A DNA stretch of 64,000 nucleotides from Candidatus Omnitrophota bacterium. GTDB taxonomy: Bacteria; Omnitrophota; Gorgyraeia; Duberdicusellales; 4484-171. The translations under genes and the position numbers were made by a program. Positions 40,746-50,996 of this stretch are shown piece by piece (the first letter of the stretch is position 1; every line of letters starts with the position of its first letter). The notes beneath the pieces are model-generated. The model had not been told where the DNA came from, ran no database searches, and saw only the letters and a program-made list of their open reading frames with translations. Location of the stretch: the NCBI GenBank assembly GCA_028692655.1, contig JAQUWY010000004.1, positions 933 to 64,932 of the forward strand. The letters run 5' to 3'.

Positions 40746-41417
40746 ATGGAAAAAATAGTAATTTATGGAGCAGGAAACCAAGCCAGAGTTGTAATTGATT
40801 CTGTTGAAAAGGAGCAAAAATATAATGTAATCGGGTTGATTGACGATGAAAAACCGGAGGGAACAGAAGTTTTAGGCTACAAAGTGATAGGAAACAAACA
40901 AAAGTTGTTAAGTTTATTGGGTTCTGGCATCCGCCTTTGCATCATTGCCATAGGCGATAACAAAGTAAGGAAAGAAAAGGCAGAATATATAATGGAGAAA
41001 AGTTTTAGCCTTGTTTCCGTGAAGCACCCGTTTTGTTCAGTTGGCAAAGGGACGTCTATTGGAGCAGGAACGGTTATTTTTCATGGGGTAGTTATAGATC
41101 CTGAGGTATCCATTGGCAAGTGCGTTATTATAAATGATAACACTTTGGTGGGGCACAATAGCAAGATAGGCGACTTTGCTCATATTTCTGCAGGGGTCAA
41201 CTTTGGAGGGGGTTCGGTCATTGAAGAAAATAGCTTTATAGGTATGGGAGTGACAGTTATTCCAAATATACACATAGGAAAAAATGTTTTTATAGGAGCC
41301 GGAAGCCTAATAGCAAGAGATATCCCGGATGACATGAAAGTTATTGGATTTATGCGCAAGACAATGATAAATAGAATAAATAAAGAAGTAAAACCAGACA
41401 ATAAAGAGTATACTTAG
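40746..41417 (+). CDS. PglD/NeuD-family sugar N-acetyltransferase (hexapeptide repeat)
   Basis: N-terminal Rossmann-like IYGAGNQARVVIDS followed by left-handed beta-helix repeats. Confidence 0.75.
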   Translation: MEKIVIYGAGNQARVVIDSVEKEQKYNVIGLIDDEKPEGTEVLGYKVIGNKQKLLSLLGSGIRLCIIAIGDNKVRKEKAEYIMEKSFSLVSVKHPFCSVGKGTSIGAGTVIFHGVVIDPEVSIGKCVIINDNTLVGHNSKIGDFAHISAGVNFGGGSVIEENSFIGMGVTVIPNIHIGKNVFIGAGSLIARDIPDDMKVIGFMRKTMINRINKEVKPDNKEYT

Positions 41418-41778
41418 AATTATTGCCGTCCGGTGATGCCTCGTATTTAATCTAACGCATAAAGCATATTTGTTTTTGTCGAAGTAAGCACAAACTCAAT
41501 TCTCATTATTTAATAAGGCATTTCGGAACATAATCAAAGCCTTCAGAGACTGGGTTGCTTTTATCATGGAAATGCATATTTTAAGTTCGGAGTAAACGCT
41601 TGGTCTGAATTTTGCGAGATAGGGTTTTCTGTAATTGGATCTTGGGCCTAAAACAAAAGCAGGGATAAATAATTCTTATATATACAAAATATTTATTGTA
41701 GTTATAATGAAAATTGCACGAGAGTATTATGTCAATCAATTATTTTAACGGCATTTTCACCACACAATAGCACTATTA

Positions 41779-43623
41779 ATGGGTAGAGTCAGGAATAAGA
41801 TAACCAAAACAAAAGCTTATCTAAACCTAATTAGGTTAAAGAATTTCTTTGACATGGCGGATATGGGTTTTCGCCAGCTGATAGGGCCTGTAATACTTGC
41901 GATTTTAGCATCTTTATTTGAAGGAATTTCCTTTGTATTGGTAATTCCGACCATAAAGGGGATTCTTAGCGGCGATTTTGCATTTGTAAAACAGACACCA
42001 GTATTAAAAGATATCATCAGCATACTTTTACCTTTTTTTAGCCGGCCAAATTCAGCGATATTTGCAATATTGATTGTATGTATTCTCATTTCAGTCTCAC
42101 TGAAAAATTTATTCCAGTATTTATCTTCAGCTACAACTCTTTTCTTGGTTAGGCAATTTGCCCACAACTTGAGAAAGCTTATATTTAAACGTTACTTGAA
42201 CTTCGGCAAACTTTTCTTTGACCAAAACAGCGCCGGCGGGCTTTTCCAGGTTCTAGTAGGATTTAGTCAAAAAATAGCTAACGAAATAAGAATTTTAAAT
42301 GGCGCTTTATATACGCTGTTTACGCTTGTAGCATATATTGTTGTAATGGCATTTATTTCCTGGAAATTGTTGATAGCTACTATTATTATCTTTCCGGTTT
42401 TCCATTGTTCTGTAACCTGGCTTGTAAAAAAAATCAAAGATAGCTCATATTATTTTACACAAGCTTACTCAGAACTAGGAAAAAAAATATCTAACTCATT
42501 GTCATGCATGGCATTAATAAAAGCCTATACAGCAGAGAAACGAGAGCAGGAATGGTTTTCTTATGCAAGTGAAAGAGTAAGAAAATACCAATTCAGCATA
42601 GATAAAAAAATGGCTCTCTTAGCCCCATTCCAGGAGACTATTTTCGTATTTATGATCCTCTTGTTGGTGGGGGCAATAGCTTTTCTGCTTGTGCGTGAAA
42701 AAACAGGAAACCTTGCAGGGTACATAGTTTTTTTTGTGGTTTTAAGGAGGAGTAGCTCAAGCTTTGGAGCTTTTAATAATATCCGTAGTTCTCTTGCTTC
42801 AATAAAGGGGCCCATAAAAGAAGTTATGAAAATGTTCAATAGCCATGACAAGCACATTATGAAAGACGGTACAACAGAACTTAAAAATATAAGCAAAAGT
42901 ATAGAAGTGAAGCGCCTAAGATTTACTTATCCCCAGGGTGCTCGAGTTCTAAAAGATGTTAGTTTTTCTGCGTCCAAAGGTGAAATGGTGGCGGTAGTAG
43001 GCTCTAGCGGAAGCGGTAAGACTACGCTTATAAATATGATAATGCGTTTCTACGATCCCTTAAATGGAAGCATAGCAATAGACGGTAGGGATATAAAAGA
43101 ATTCACTTTTAAATCTTTACGGAGCAAGATAGCTTTAGTAAGCCAGGAAACTTTTCTTTTTAATTCTTCAATCCGATTTAACATACTCTATGGATTGAAT
43201 AGGAAGGTTGAGGAAGAAGAACTTCTTTGCGCGGCAAAAAAAGCGCAAATTTACGACTTTATAATGACTCTGCCAAAAAGGCTGGATACTGAAATAGGAG
43301 ATAGGGGGGTTAAATTGTCAGGCGGGGAAAAGCAAAGGATTTCTATTGCCAGAGCTATTCTCAAAGGTCCGGAAGTCATTATTCTGGATGAAGCAACCAG
43401 CTCCCTTGATTCAATAACCGAAAAGAAGATACAACAAGCGTTCAAAGAACTAATAAAAAATAGGACTGCCATAGTAATCGCCCACAGGCTGTCAACTATA
43501 AAAAATGCCGACAAGATTATAGTTTTAGAAAAAGGCGAGATTGTTGAGCGAGGAACGCTTGAAGAACTTCTCCGTAAAAAAGGGCAGTTTTACTTATATT
43601 GGGAAGAACAAAAGTTCTACTGA
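41779..43623 (+). CDS. ABC transporter permease/ATP-binding protein (MsbA/PglK-like exporter)
   Basis: Six-TM domain plus NBD with Walker A GSSGSGKTT, signature LSGGEKQRISIAR and Walker B IILDEATSSLD. Confidence 0.85.
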   Translation: MGRVRNKITKTKAYLNLIRLKNFFDMADMGFRQLIGPVILAILASLFEGISFVLVIPTIKGILSGDFAFVKQTPVLKDIISILLPFFSRPNSAIFAILIVCILISVSLKNLFQYLSSATTLFLVRQFAHNLRKLIFKRYLNFGKLFFDQNSAGGLFQVLVGFSQKIANEIRILNGALYTLFTLVAYIVVMAFISWKLLIATIIIFPVFHCSVTWLVKKIKDSSYYFTQAYSELGKKISNSLSCMALIKAYTAEKREQEWFSYASERVRKYQFSIDKKMALLAPFQETIFVFMILLLVGAIAFLLVREKTGNLAGYIVFFVVLRRSSSSFGAFNNIRSSLASIKGPIKEVMKMFNSHDKHIMKDGTTELKNISKSIEVKRLRFTYPQGARVLKDVSFSASKGEMVAVVGSSGSGKTTLINMIMRFYDPLNGSIAIDGRDIKEFTFKSLRSKIALVSQETFLFNSSIRFNILYGLNRKVEEEELLCAAKKAQIYDFIMTLPKRLDTEIGDRGVKLSGGEKQRISIARAILKGPEVIILDEATSSLDSITEKKIQQAFKELIKNRTAIVIAHRLSTIKNADKIIVLEKGEIVERGTLEELLRKKGQFYLYWEEQKFY

Positions 43624-43839
43624 CAAACGTTCATATTCGTCTATGTACAGTAACTATACAAATCTGGAGAGGAATGATTTTTCTTGCCGGATAGATGGAA
43701 GCTTGGAGTACAAACAAACTTTTGAGCATGAGAAAAGCAAGCCGTTTCTCTGATACCCAGAGAATATTTCAAACAAAAACTTTTGTAGAGAATCAGATTT
43801 TTATCAAAACTGCTTTCTAATATATAAAGTAAATTTAGT

Positions 43840-44973
43840 ATGTTAAATATAGTACAAATACATACCGACAGTAAATTCATAGATGAAGGAATGAGCCGGT
43901 TCGAAAGTAAATTCTTCAGAAATACTTTAATAATATTTAAGGGTGGCAGGAAATATCATGGGAAGCATAGAGAGATAGCCAATGTGTTTAAAAGAAACCG
44001 TAAGAGCATAAAAAAGATAATAGATATTTGTAGTAATGCCGATCTTGTTGTGTTGTTTGATTTAGACGAAATAAAAAGCTATATTACAAACCGGCTTCCC
44101 AAAGAAACAAAAATTGCTTGGCGTTTTTTTGGACATGAATTATACGGTAGAAAAACTAAGACATTTCTAAGTAAATTAACAATAGAAGCTATTAAAAATA
44201 AGTGGTTTTTTTATCTGTGGCAAAGGTTAAAAAGAAGGCTAAAAAAAATAAAAGGTTACATTAAATGGGGGGTCGATTTCGAAAAGGAATTTAAGATAGC
44301 GCTTAAAAGAGTGGATTATTTTTTATGTACCTCTCAGGAAGAATGCAATTTCCTAAAAAAAATATGGCCGGGTTTACCCCAGTTTATCAGATTTCCAATA
44401 ATAAATAGCATAAAAGCAATTGCCGGTAATTTAGATAAAAGAGGGTTGCCTGTTGTTGTCGGGCACAATAAAATTGTTTGGAATAATCACCTTGAACTGA
44501 TAGAAATTATAGGAAACTCAAATAATAGAAAAAAACATAATTTTTTATTATTATTTAGTTATGGGTTAGAGAATAAATATACAAGAACAGTAAGGGAAAA
44601 GGCAAGCGGGTACCCTGAGATCAAATTTATTGAAAAGTTTATGTCCAAAGAGGAATTTGAAGTTTTTTATTCGCAGGTGTCCGCTTTAGTGATAAATACC
44701 TACAGACAAGCTGGCCTGGGAAATATTTTTCAAGCAATAAAAAACGGAGTAAAAGTGTATTTAAACGGAAAAAATATTGTTTTGCAATGGCTAAAAAATG
44801 AGAGGTTTCTAATATTCACTATTAAAGATTTTGCGAATGACATCGAAGATGACAATTTAGCTTTGGGAAAACAAGAAATTATCTATAATCAAAAACGGCT
44901 GGATAATATGTTGGGGAAACGGTCCATAGAGGATTTTCAAAAAGCAATATACGATAAAATAAATGAATTTTGA
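43840..44973 (+). CDS. WecF-like (TDP-Fuc4NAc:lipid II 4-alpha-L-fucosyltransferase family, GT56) glycosyltransferase
   Basis: Recalled similarity blocks to E. coli WecF: RFFGHELYG vs HIWGADLY, VVVGHNKIVWNNHLE vs ILVGNSGDRSNEHI, and GLGNIFQAIKNGVKVYLNGKN vs [21 protein letters not shown]. Confidence 0.45.
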   Translation: MLNIVQIHTDSKFIDEGMSRFESKFFRNTLIIFKGGRKYHGKHREIANVFKRNRKSIKKIIDICSNADLVVLFDLDEIKSYITNRLPKETKIAWRFFGHELYGRKTKTFLSKLTIEAIKNKWFFYLWQRLKRRLKKIKGYIKWGVDFEKEFKIALKRVDYFLCTSQEECNFLKKIWPGLPQFIRFPIINSIKAIAGNLDKRGLPVVVGHNKIVWNNHLELIEIIGNSNNRKKHNFLLLFSYGLENKYTRTVREKASGYPEIKFIEKFMSKEEFEVFYSQVSALVINTYRQAGLGNIFQAIKNGVKVYLNGKNIVLQWLKNERFLIFTIKDFANDIEDDNLALGKQEIIYNQKRLDNMLGKRSIEDFQKAIYDKINEF

Positions 44974-45055
44974 ATCAAAGCGAGCCAGAAAGAAAGCAAT
45001 AATAGATAGAGCAAGTTGTAAAAGAATTAAATTGGACAGAAGGCAAATATCGGCG

Positions 45056-46207
45056 ATGAAAATAGGAATTTTGACTGTAGACTTGAGCTTTAATTATGGA
45101 GGCATATTGCAGGCTTATGCTTTACAAACTTATCTAAAAAAGAATGGCCACGAGGCCTGGATGATAATTCGTGATAAGAGCAGGCAAAGTCTTGGTTTTT
45201 CGGCAATTTTAAAAACAAGTGTTAACCGGTTATTTGGCGAAAGACCGCCGAGTGCATGGGACAATTTCAACAAAGAATTTATCTGTCAAAATACCAATTA
45301 TTTTATACGTAAATATATCAATCCCATTACTTTTACCGTTGAAAACTCAAATTCTATGAGCTGGCTTGATTCATACAATTTTGACGCTTATATAGTAGGT
45401 AGCGATCAAGTATGGCGTAAAACATTTGGGAAAAATAAAGGTGGTTTCTTTCGAGACAGCTTTGAAAGTGTTTTCTGGTCAAGGCCAATGTTTTTAGATT
45501 TTGTAAAATCCAATAAAGCAAAAAGGATTGCCTATGCCGCTTCCTTTGGAATTGACAAATGGGCGTATGGCCGTAGATCAACAAAGATAATAACAAATTT
45601 ATTGCATAAATTCGATGCTGTATCGGTTCGAGAAGATTGTGGAGTCGGGATTTGCAAAAAATATTTAGGTATAGAGCCGAAGCAAGTCATTGATCCAACC
45701 ATGTTATTGTCTTCTTCAGAGTATATGGAACTTTGCGAAAAAGAAAAAACTTCTCCAAACAAAGGGAACGTGATGGTTTATTTTTTGGATAAAACAAAAG
45801 AAAAAATCGCCGCCGCTGTTGTCTGTAAAAATAATTTAATACCCTTTTTTGTAAAGGATAAAACAAAGTCAGTTAAGACTTTGTTCGAAGGTAAGGTGTA
45901 TCCGCCTGTTACAGACTGGATTAGGGCCTTTTTTGATGCTAAGCTTATTTTGACTGATTCTTTTCACGGGTGTGTTTTTTCTATTCTTTTTAACAAACCA
46001 TTTTTTGTGATGGAAAATGCAATTAGCGGGCCAGCAAGGATACACTCCTTGCTTAAAATGTTTGGGCTAGAGGGCAGGTTAATTCGAGGGCTAAATGAAT
46101 TAACCAATAGTAAACTCCAAGAAAGAGTAGATTTCGGGAAAGTAAATAAAATTCTAAAAATAAAACAGAAGGAAGCGGCGTTATTTTTGCAAAAAGTGCT
46201 AAAATAA
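45056..46207 (+). CDS. polysaccharide pyruvyl transferase family protein
   Basis: MKIGILTVDLSFNYGGILQAYALQTYL N-terminus and PS_pyruv_trans layout. The track ORF starts upstream at 44963. Confidence 0.7.
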   Translation: MKIGILTVDLSFNYGGILQAYALQTYLKKNGHEAWMIIRDKSRQSLGFSAILKTSVNRLFGERPPSAWDNFNKEFICQNTNYFIRKYINPITFTVENSNSMSWLDSYNFDAYIVGSDQVWRKTFGKNKGGFFRDSFESVFWSRPMFLDFVKSNKAKRIAYAASFGIDKWAYGRRSTKIITNLLHKFDAVSVREDCGVGICKKYLGIEPKQVIDPTMLLSSSEYMELCEKEKTSPNKGNVMVYFLDKTKEKIAAAVVCKNNLIPFFVKDKTKSVKTLFEGKVYPPVTDWIRAFFDAKLILTDSFHGCVFSILFNKPFFVMENAISGPARIHSLLKMFGLEGRLIRGLNELTNSKLQERVDFGKVNKILKIKQKEAALFLQKVLK

Positions 46208-46225
46208 TTCACTAATTTAATATAG

Positions 46226-47188
46226 ATGCGCGATCCAAAGATATCAATCATCATTCCTGTCTACAACAGAAGTTTTTTAATACGAAAAACGTTAAAATCC
46301 ATTCAAGATCAATTATACCATAATTGGGAATGCCTTGTTGTTGATGATAATAGTACTGACGAAACGTGGAGTACAGTTTCAGCCTTGGCTATTGGAGATA
46401 ACCGCATAAAAATTTTCCAGAAGCCTAAAGAATTGCCTAAAGGACCTGGAGCTTCTCGCAATTATGGTTTGACTAAGGCAGAAGGGGATATTATCCATTT
46501 TCTCGACTCAGACGATATTTTGGGGAAAAGCCTGTATGAAGAAATAATTTTTTTATTCGTATCCAGAGAAGCAGAAGCGGTAATAACTAGAGTTATATTT
46601 TATGAAAATTCCACTGGTAAAATAAGCTACGAGCCCCCCCCTTTTACAATTAAGAACTTTATCGTAAACGGTTTGATAAACCACGCCTTCTGCACCCCAA
46701 ACATTTTTTGGCGTAGATGCTTTCTAGATAATGCTAAAGTACTGTTTAATGAGAAAATTAGCATGGCTGAAGATTTAGATTTCAATATTAGAAACTTCGT
46801 GCAATCTCCCAAAGTCATTATAAAGAACGATTTATTTATATACGCCAGGAAACATGAAAACTCTTTAACCAGGGGCTGCGAATATATTATACAGAGGAAT
46901 TTAGACTGGCTGGTTGTCTTAAATAATTTAATTGAACTTCTATGTGAGAACAATTTATACAATATTACAGTGTCAAGATACGCAGCAAAACAAGCAAAAG
47001 GATTGCTTATGAACTTGGCAAGGAATAATTATTTCAGCAGAAAGGTATTTAGTCACTGGTTATTCATGAACAGAGAACTGGTCAAAGGCTTCCAACTAGC
47101 AAATCTATTTATTTATAACGCAAAAATACTATTTGTTTCAGCTGTCTCTATTTCTAAAAGATTAACAATTAAGCATAAGCCGGTATGA
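46226..47188 (+). CDS. family 2 glycosyltransferase
   Basis: ISIIIPVYNRSFLIRKTLKSIQDQLYHNWECLVVDDNSTDET, with the DxD region at FLDSDD. Confidence 0.85.
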   Translation: MRDPKISIIIPVYNRSFLIRKTLKSIQDQLYHNWECLVVDDNSTDETWSTVSALAIGDNRIKIFQKPKELPKGPGASRNYGLTKAEGDIIHFLDSDDILGKSLYEEIIFLFVSREAEAVITRVIFYENSTGKISYEPPPFTIKNFIVNGLINHAFCTPNIFWRRCFLDNAKVLFNEKISMAEDLDFNIRNFVQSPKVIIKNDLFIYARKHENSLTRGCEYIIQRNLDWLVVLNNLIELLCENNLYNITVSRYAAKQAKGLLMNLARNNYFSRKVFSHWLFMNRELVKGFQLANLFIYNAKILFVSAVSISKRLTIKHKPV

Positions 47189-47219
47189 TTTAAAATGTCC
47201 GGTGATAAAAAAGTATAAA

Positions 47220-48338
47220 ATGAAAGTAGGTGTAATAACTTTCCATAGTGCTCATAATTACGGGGCCGCCCTTCAAGCGTATGCTCTGAGAACAGCTATA
47301 GAAAAATTAGGCGTATATTGTGAGATGATTGATTATCGGCCGGAAATTATAAGTAGGCATTACCGGTTGCCTGATTTTCGATGGTCTTGTAATTTAAGAG
47401 ATAATTTTAGGAAGTTAAGATATTGCCTTTTTTCTAAAAAGCGTTGTGACTTAAAATACAAAAAATACGAAAAATTTATCACCAAATACCTCAATTTAGG
47501 CCCAAAAAGATATAAAAACTGTAAAGATTTACTTAATAATATACCGGATTACGACATCTTTGTGTGTGGCAGCGACCAAATTTGGAATCCGAATATGACG
47601 GGCTTAGACCCAGTATATTTTTTGTCATTTGTTCCCAAGTTTAAAAGAAAAGTGGCTTACTCGGCAAGTTTTGGCACCTCTTATATCCCCAAGGAGTATC
47701 ATAAAACTTTTAAAAAACTATTAGGAAATATTGAGTACCTCTCGGTACGTGAAGAGCAAGGAAAACGAATAGTAAATTCTTTGGTTGAAAGGGGTGTAGA
47801 AGTCGTTCTTGACCCAACCCTGCTATTAGATGAAGAGGAATGGGAAAAAATTTCTAGACCCTACTCAAACTTGGAAGGGAAAAAGTATATTCTGTGTTAT
47901 TATATCGAAAATAACAAGAGTTTAGAAAATATTTCTAAAAAATGCTCTAAAATAATGGGTATCCCAAGAGTACTGATTAATGCTTCCAATAAAGACAGGT
48001 TTCGCGGTGTTATCCCGGTGTTTGATGCAAGCCCTGCGGAATTTATAAAATTATTTCAAGGAGCTTCTTTTGTTGTTACCAATTCTTTCCATGGAGTCGC
48101 GTTTGCAATAAACTTTAGAAAGCCTTTCTTTCTAGATTTACTCAAAGGGAGGTTTGCTTTTACGAATTCTCGGTTGACTAACATTATAGAGAACTTAAAT
48201 CTTTCAACGAGGCTTGTCAGTAATTTAACCACCATTGATAGGGAATTGTTAGATATGGATTTTGAAGAGATAACAAGAAAACTAAAGATACTGAAAGAGA
48301 AATCTTTGAATTTTTTAAACAAATCAATTTGTGGATAG
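47220..48338 (+). CDS. polysaccharide pyruvyl transferase family protein (second copy)
   Basis: MKVGVITFHSAHNYGAALQAYALRT. Paralogue of 45056..46207. Confidence 0.7.
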   Translation: MKVGVITFHSAHNYGAALQAYALRTAIEKLGVYCEMIDYRPEIISRHYRLPDFRWSCNLRDNFRKLRYCLFSKKRCDLKYKKYEKFITKYLNLGPKRYKNCKDLLNNIPDYDIFVCGSDQIWNPNMTGLDPVYFLSFVPKFKRKVAYSASFGTSYIPKEYHKTFKKLLGNIEYLSVREEQGKRIVNSLVERGVEVVLDPTLLLDEEEWEKISRPYSNLEGKKYILCYYIENNKSLENISKKCSKIMGIPRVLINASNKDRFRGVIPVFDASPAEFIKLFQGASFVVTNSFHGVAFAINFRKPFFLDLLKGRFAFTNSRLTNIIENLNLSTRLVSNLTTIDRELLDMDFEEITRKLKILKEKSLNFLNKSICG

Positions 48339-48389
48339 AAACAGTCCGAAAACCTATTTTTAAAAAGAGGTACATCAACAGCTAAAATT

Positions 48390-49787
48390 ATGCTTTGTAA
48401 AGAATGTATATCGTCAAATTTAGATCCTAATGTAGTTATTGACCGGAATGGAATATGCAATTTTTGTAAATTTTATGATCAGCATAAAAATAAACTCCTA
48501 GATTTTAAGTCTTTAAAATGGAAGTTTGAAAAGCGAATAAGCAAAGTCAAGGCGATGATTTCACCTTCGGGGTATAATTGTATTATTCCATATAGCGGAG
48601 GCAAAGACAGTACGTATATTTTGCAATACATGCATAAGAACTATGGTTTAAAAATTTTAGCCGTTATTTGCGATAATTATTTCATACACCCAGATAAGTT
48701 AATTAATGCTATTGAAATTCTTAAAAGACTAAATATCGAATATACTCATATCAAAATCAGCGAGAATACAGTAAAAAAGTTTTTTGGTGCTTTATTTAGC
48801 AATACCGGCAGCATTTGTGCTGGATGTATGGGGTTTATTTGGACGAATGTTCTAAGGGTCGCAGTTGATGAAAAAATTCCTTCTGTTATCATTGGTGAGT
48901 CTCGCGATCAAATATTTAGAGGAGGATATTATCACAGCTTAGGAATTGTAAGGCCGGATGACTTTGAAAAATTATTACATATTGATGAGCAAGGATTTTA
49001 TTGGAAGTATTATTATGTCCCTACTTTCAAGTTAGCGCGCGAGAAACTTAAATTATTTAAGTGTAACGATAAAGAAATTAAGAGAGAGGTTGCTTTAAAG
49101 CACAGGCATATTGTCAAAGAAAGCATCCCCGACATTATCCCTTTTTTCTTTTACCATCCGCACAATGAATTGAAAATTATTGAAGAGTTGAAAAAAAATG
49201 TTGGCTGGAAAGTTCCTTTAGCCGCAAGTCTTATGTCCCATCCCGACTGTTTGTTTCATGCTACTTGCTATCCAGATGATCAAAATACGATAGGCCATTA
49301 TATTAAAGAAAATGTTGTTACAAGGAAAAAAAGTTTAGAAGAGGTATCAACAAAGATTTCTGATTGGATAGATATAAACGATACGGCTAAATTGGAAGAG
49401 GTATGCTACAGATTAGGCTTAAAGTTAGAGGACATTAAATATAAACATTGGTATAAATATAGACAGGATTTGCGAGAGAGACTTAGAAAGATTAGGGATC
49501 AGCACTTTGCCAAAGGCCAATTTTTTATCCAAAAAACTCCCGAAAAAGCAATATTAACCCAAACTTTTGAGATCAAAGGCAAGCCGCTATTTTTATGCCT
49601 AATAGAAAAAATTAGAAGTTTTGTTATTAGGCATAAGACATTAAGAGGTGTTCTGAAGAAGCATTTACTTAAACATGCATGGATAGCAGATAAGATAAAT
49701 TACAGTAGACAAGAGACAAAATACAAGGAGCTTCTTCGTTACATAGAAAGAGAAAAGACGAAAAAAAGCTTAAATAAAAAGCGCTAA
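48390..49787 (+). CDS. N-acetyl sugar amidotransferase (WbuX/PseA-type PP-loop ATPase)
   Basis: N-terminal Cys-rich zinc ribbon (CKECIS...CNFC) and PP-loop SGGKDST. Confidence 0.65.
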   Translation: MLCKECISSNLDPNVVIDRNGICNFCKFYDQHKNKLLDFKSLKWKFEKRISKVKAMISPSGYNCIIPYSGGKDSTYILQYMHKNYGLKILAVICDNYFIHPDKLINAIEILKRLNIEYTHIKISENTVKKFFGALFSNTGSICAGCMGFIWTNVLRVAVDEKIPSVIIGESRDQIFRGGYYHSLGIVRPDDFEKLLHIDEQGFYWKYYYVPTFKLAREKLKLFKCNDKEIKREVALKHRHIVKESIPDIIPFFFYHPHNELKIIEELKKNVGWKVPLAASLMSHPDCLFHATCYPDDQNTIGHYIKENVVTRKKSLEEVSTKISDWIDINDTAKLEEVCYRLGLKLEDIKYKHWYKYRQDLRERLRKIRDQHFAKGQFFIQKTPEKAILTQTFEIKGKPLFLCLIEKIRSFVIRHKTLRGVLKKHLLKHAWIADKINYSRQETKYKELLRYIEREKTKKSLNKKR

Positions 49788-50975
49788 ATGAAAGTAGCTG
49801 AAAAAGAAAAATGCACTAGTTGTGGTAGTTGCTATAATGTTTGTCCGGTCAATGCTATAAGTATGAAGGAGGATAGAGAGGGGTTCTTAAGGCCTGCGAT
49901 AGATGAAAGGCTTTGCACAAATTGCGGTTTGTGTTCGAAAGTGTGCCCCGAGGTCAGTAATTACGAAGCCAAAGGATTTAAAAAACCTACTGTTTATGCA
50001 GCATGGAATTTAGATGAAGCAGTTCGAATAAATAGCAGCTCAGGAGGTATTTTCTCAGTTCTTTCCGATTATATATTAGAGCAGGGCGGGGTAGTATTTG
50101 GTGCAGCCTTTGATGAAAAACTTAAAGTAAAACATATCCCTGTATTTAGAAAAGAGGAATTGTATAAGCTCAGGGGCTCTAAATATGTTCAAAGTGAAAT
50201 CAATAACTCTTTCAGTCAAGTAAGAGAATATTTGGATGAAAACAAAAAAGTGCTATTTTCTGGTACTCCTTGTCAAGTAGCAGGCTTATTATCTTTTTTA
50301 GGTAAAGATCCCCCTAACTTGTTAACATGTGATTTTGTTTGCCACGGTGTTCTTTCTCCCAAGGTTTTTGTAGGATACTTGCGATATCTTGGCCAAGAAA
50401 ATAATTCAAAGGTAACAAAAATATATTTTAGAGACAAACGTTTTGGATGGGATAATTTTTCTGTACATGTAACTTTTAAAAACAATAAAGAATATACAGT
50501 ATCACCACGTAAGGATAAATTCTTTCGAGGGTTTGCAATGAGTGTTTATTTAAGACCATCTTGTAGTATTTGCCGATATGCTAAGATACCTCGTGTTGGA
50601 GATATCTCGCTTGGCGATTTCTGGGGTATTGGTGAAGAACAGAAGTTTACATATAATACGCACGATGGCGTTTCAATGGTTTTAATAAACAGCACTAAAG
50701 GTGAAGATATTTTTGATTTATGCCGGGATAGATGTTTTATAAAACAGCGCGAGTTAAAAGAAGCTGTTAAAAACAATGCGCACCTGAGTTTGCCGTCAAA
50801 AGCCAGTAAATACAGAACTATTTTTTTCTCGATTTTTAACAGGAAAGGTTTTGCTGCTGCCTCAAAAAAATATTCGGGCAACGGAATAATAAAAAGAATA
50901 GTTACTAAAATCGTTGGTTCAAAAATAATCAAGATTATTGAGTGGGGACGGTTTATGCTATTTAAAAAAACTTAA
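49788..50975 (+). CDS. coenzyme F420 hydrogenase/dehydrogenase beta-subunit (FrhB)-like Fe-S protein
   Basis: Two Cx2Cx2Cx3C motifs (CTSCGSCYNVCP, CTNCGLCSKVCP) and FrhB N/C domains. Paralogous to the N-terminal part of 24424..26247. Confidence 0.7.
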   Translation: MKVAEKEKCTSCGSCYNVCPVNAISMKEDREGFLRPAIDERLCTNCGLCSKVCPEVSNYEAKGFKKPTVYAAWNLDEAVRINSSSGGIFSVLSDYILEQGGVVFGAAFDEKLKVKHIPVFRKEELYKLRGSKYVQSEINNSFSQVREYLDENKKVLFSGTPCQVAGLLSFLGKDPPNLLTCDFVCHGVLSPKVFVGYLRYLGQENNSKVTKIYFRDKRFGWDNFSVHVTFKNNKEYTVSPRKDKFFRGFAMSVYLRPSCSICRYAKIPRVGDISLGDFWGIGEEQKFTYNTHDGVSMVLINSTKGEDIFDLCRDRCFIKQRELKEAVKNNAHLSLPSKASKYRTIFFSIFNRKGFAAASKKYSGNGIIKRIVTKIVGSKIIKIIEWGRFMLFKKT

Positions 50976-50996
50976 CATATTATCAAAAGAATCTCA

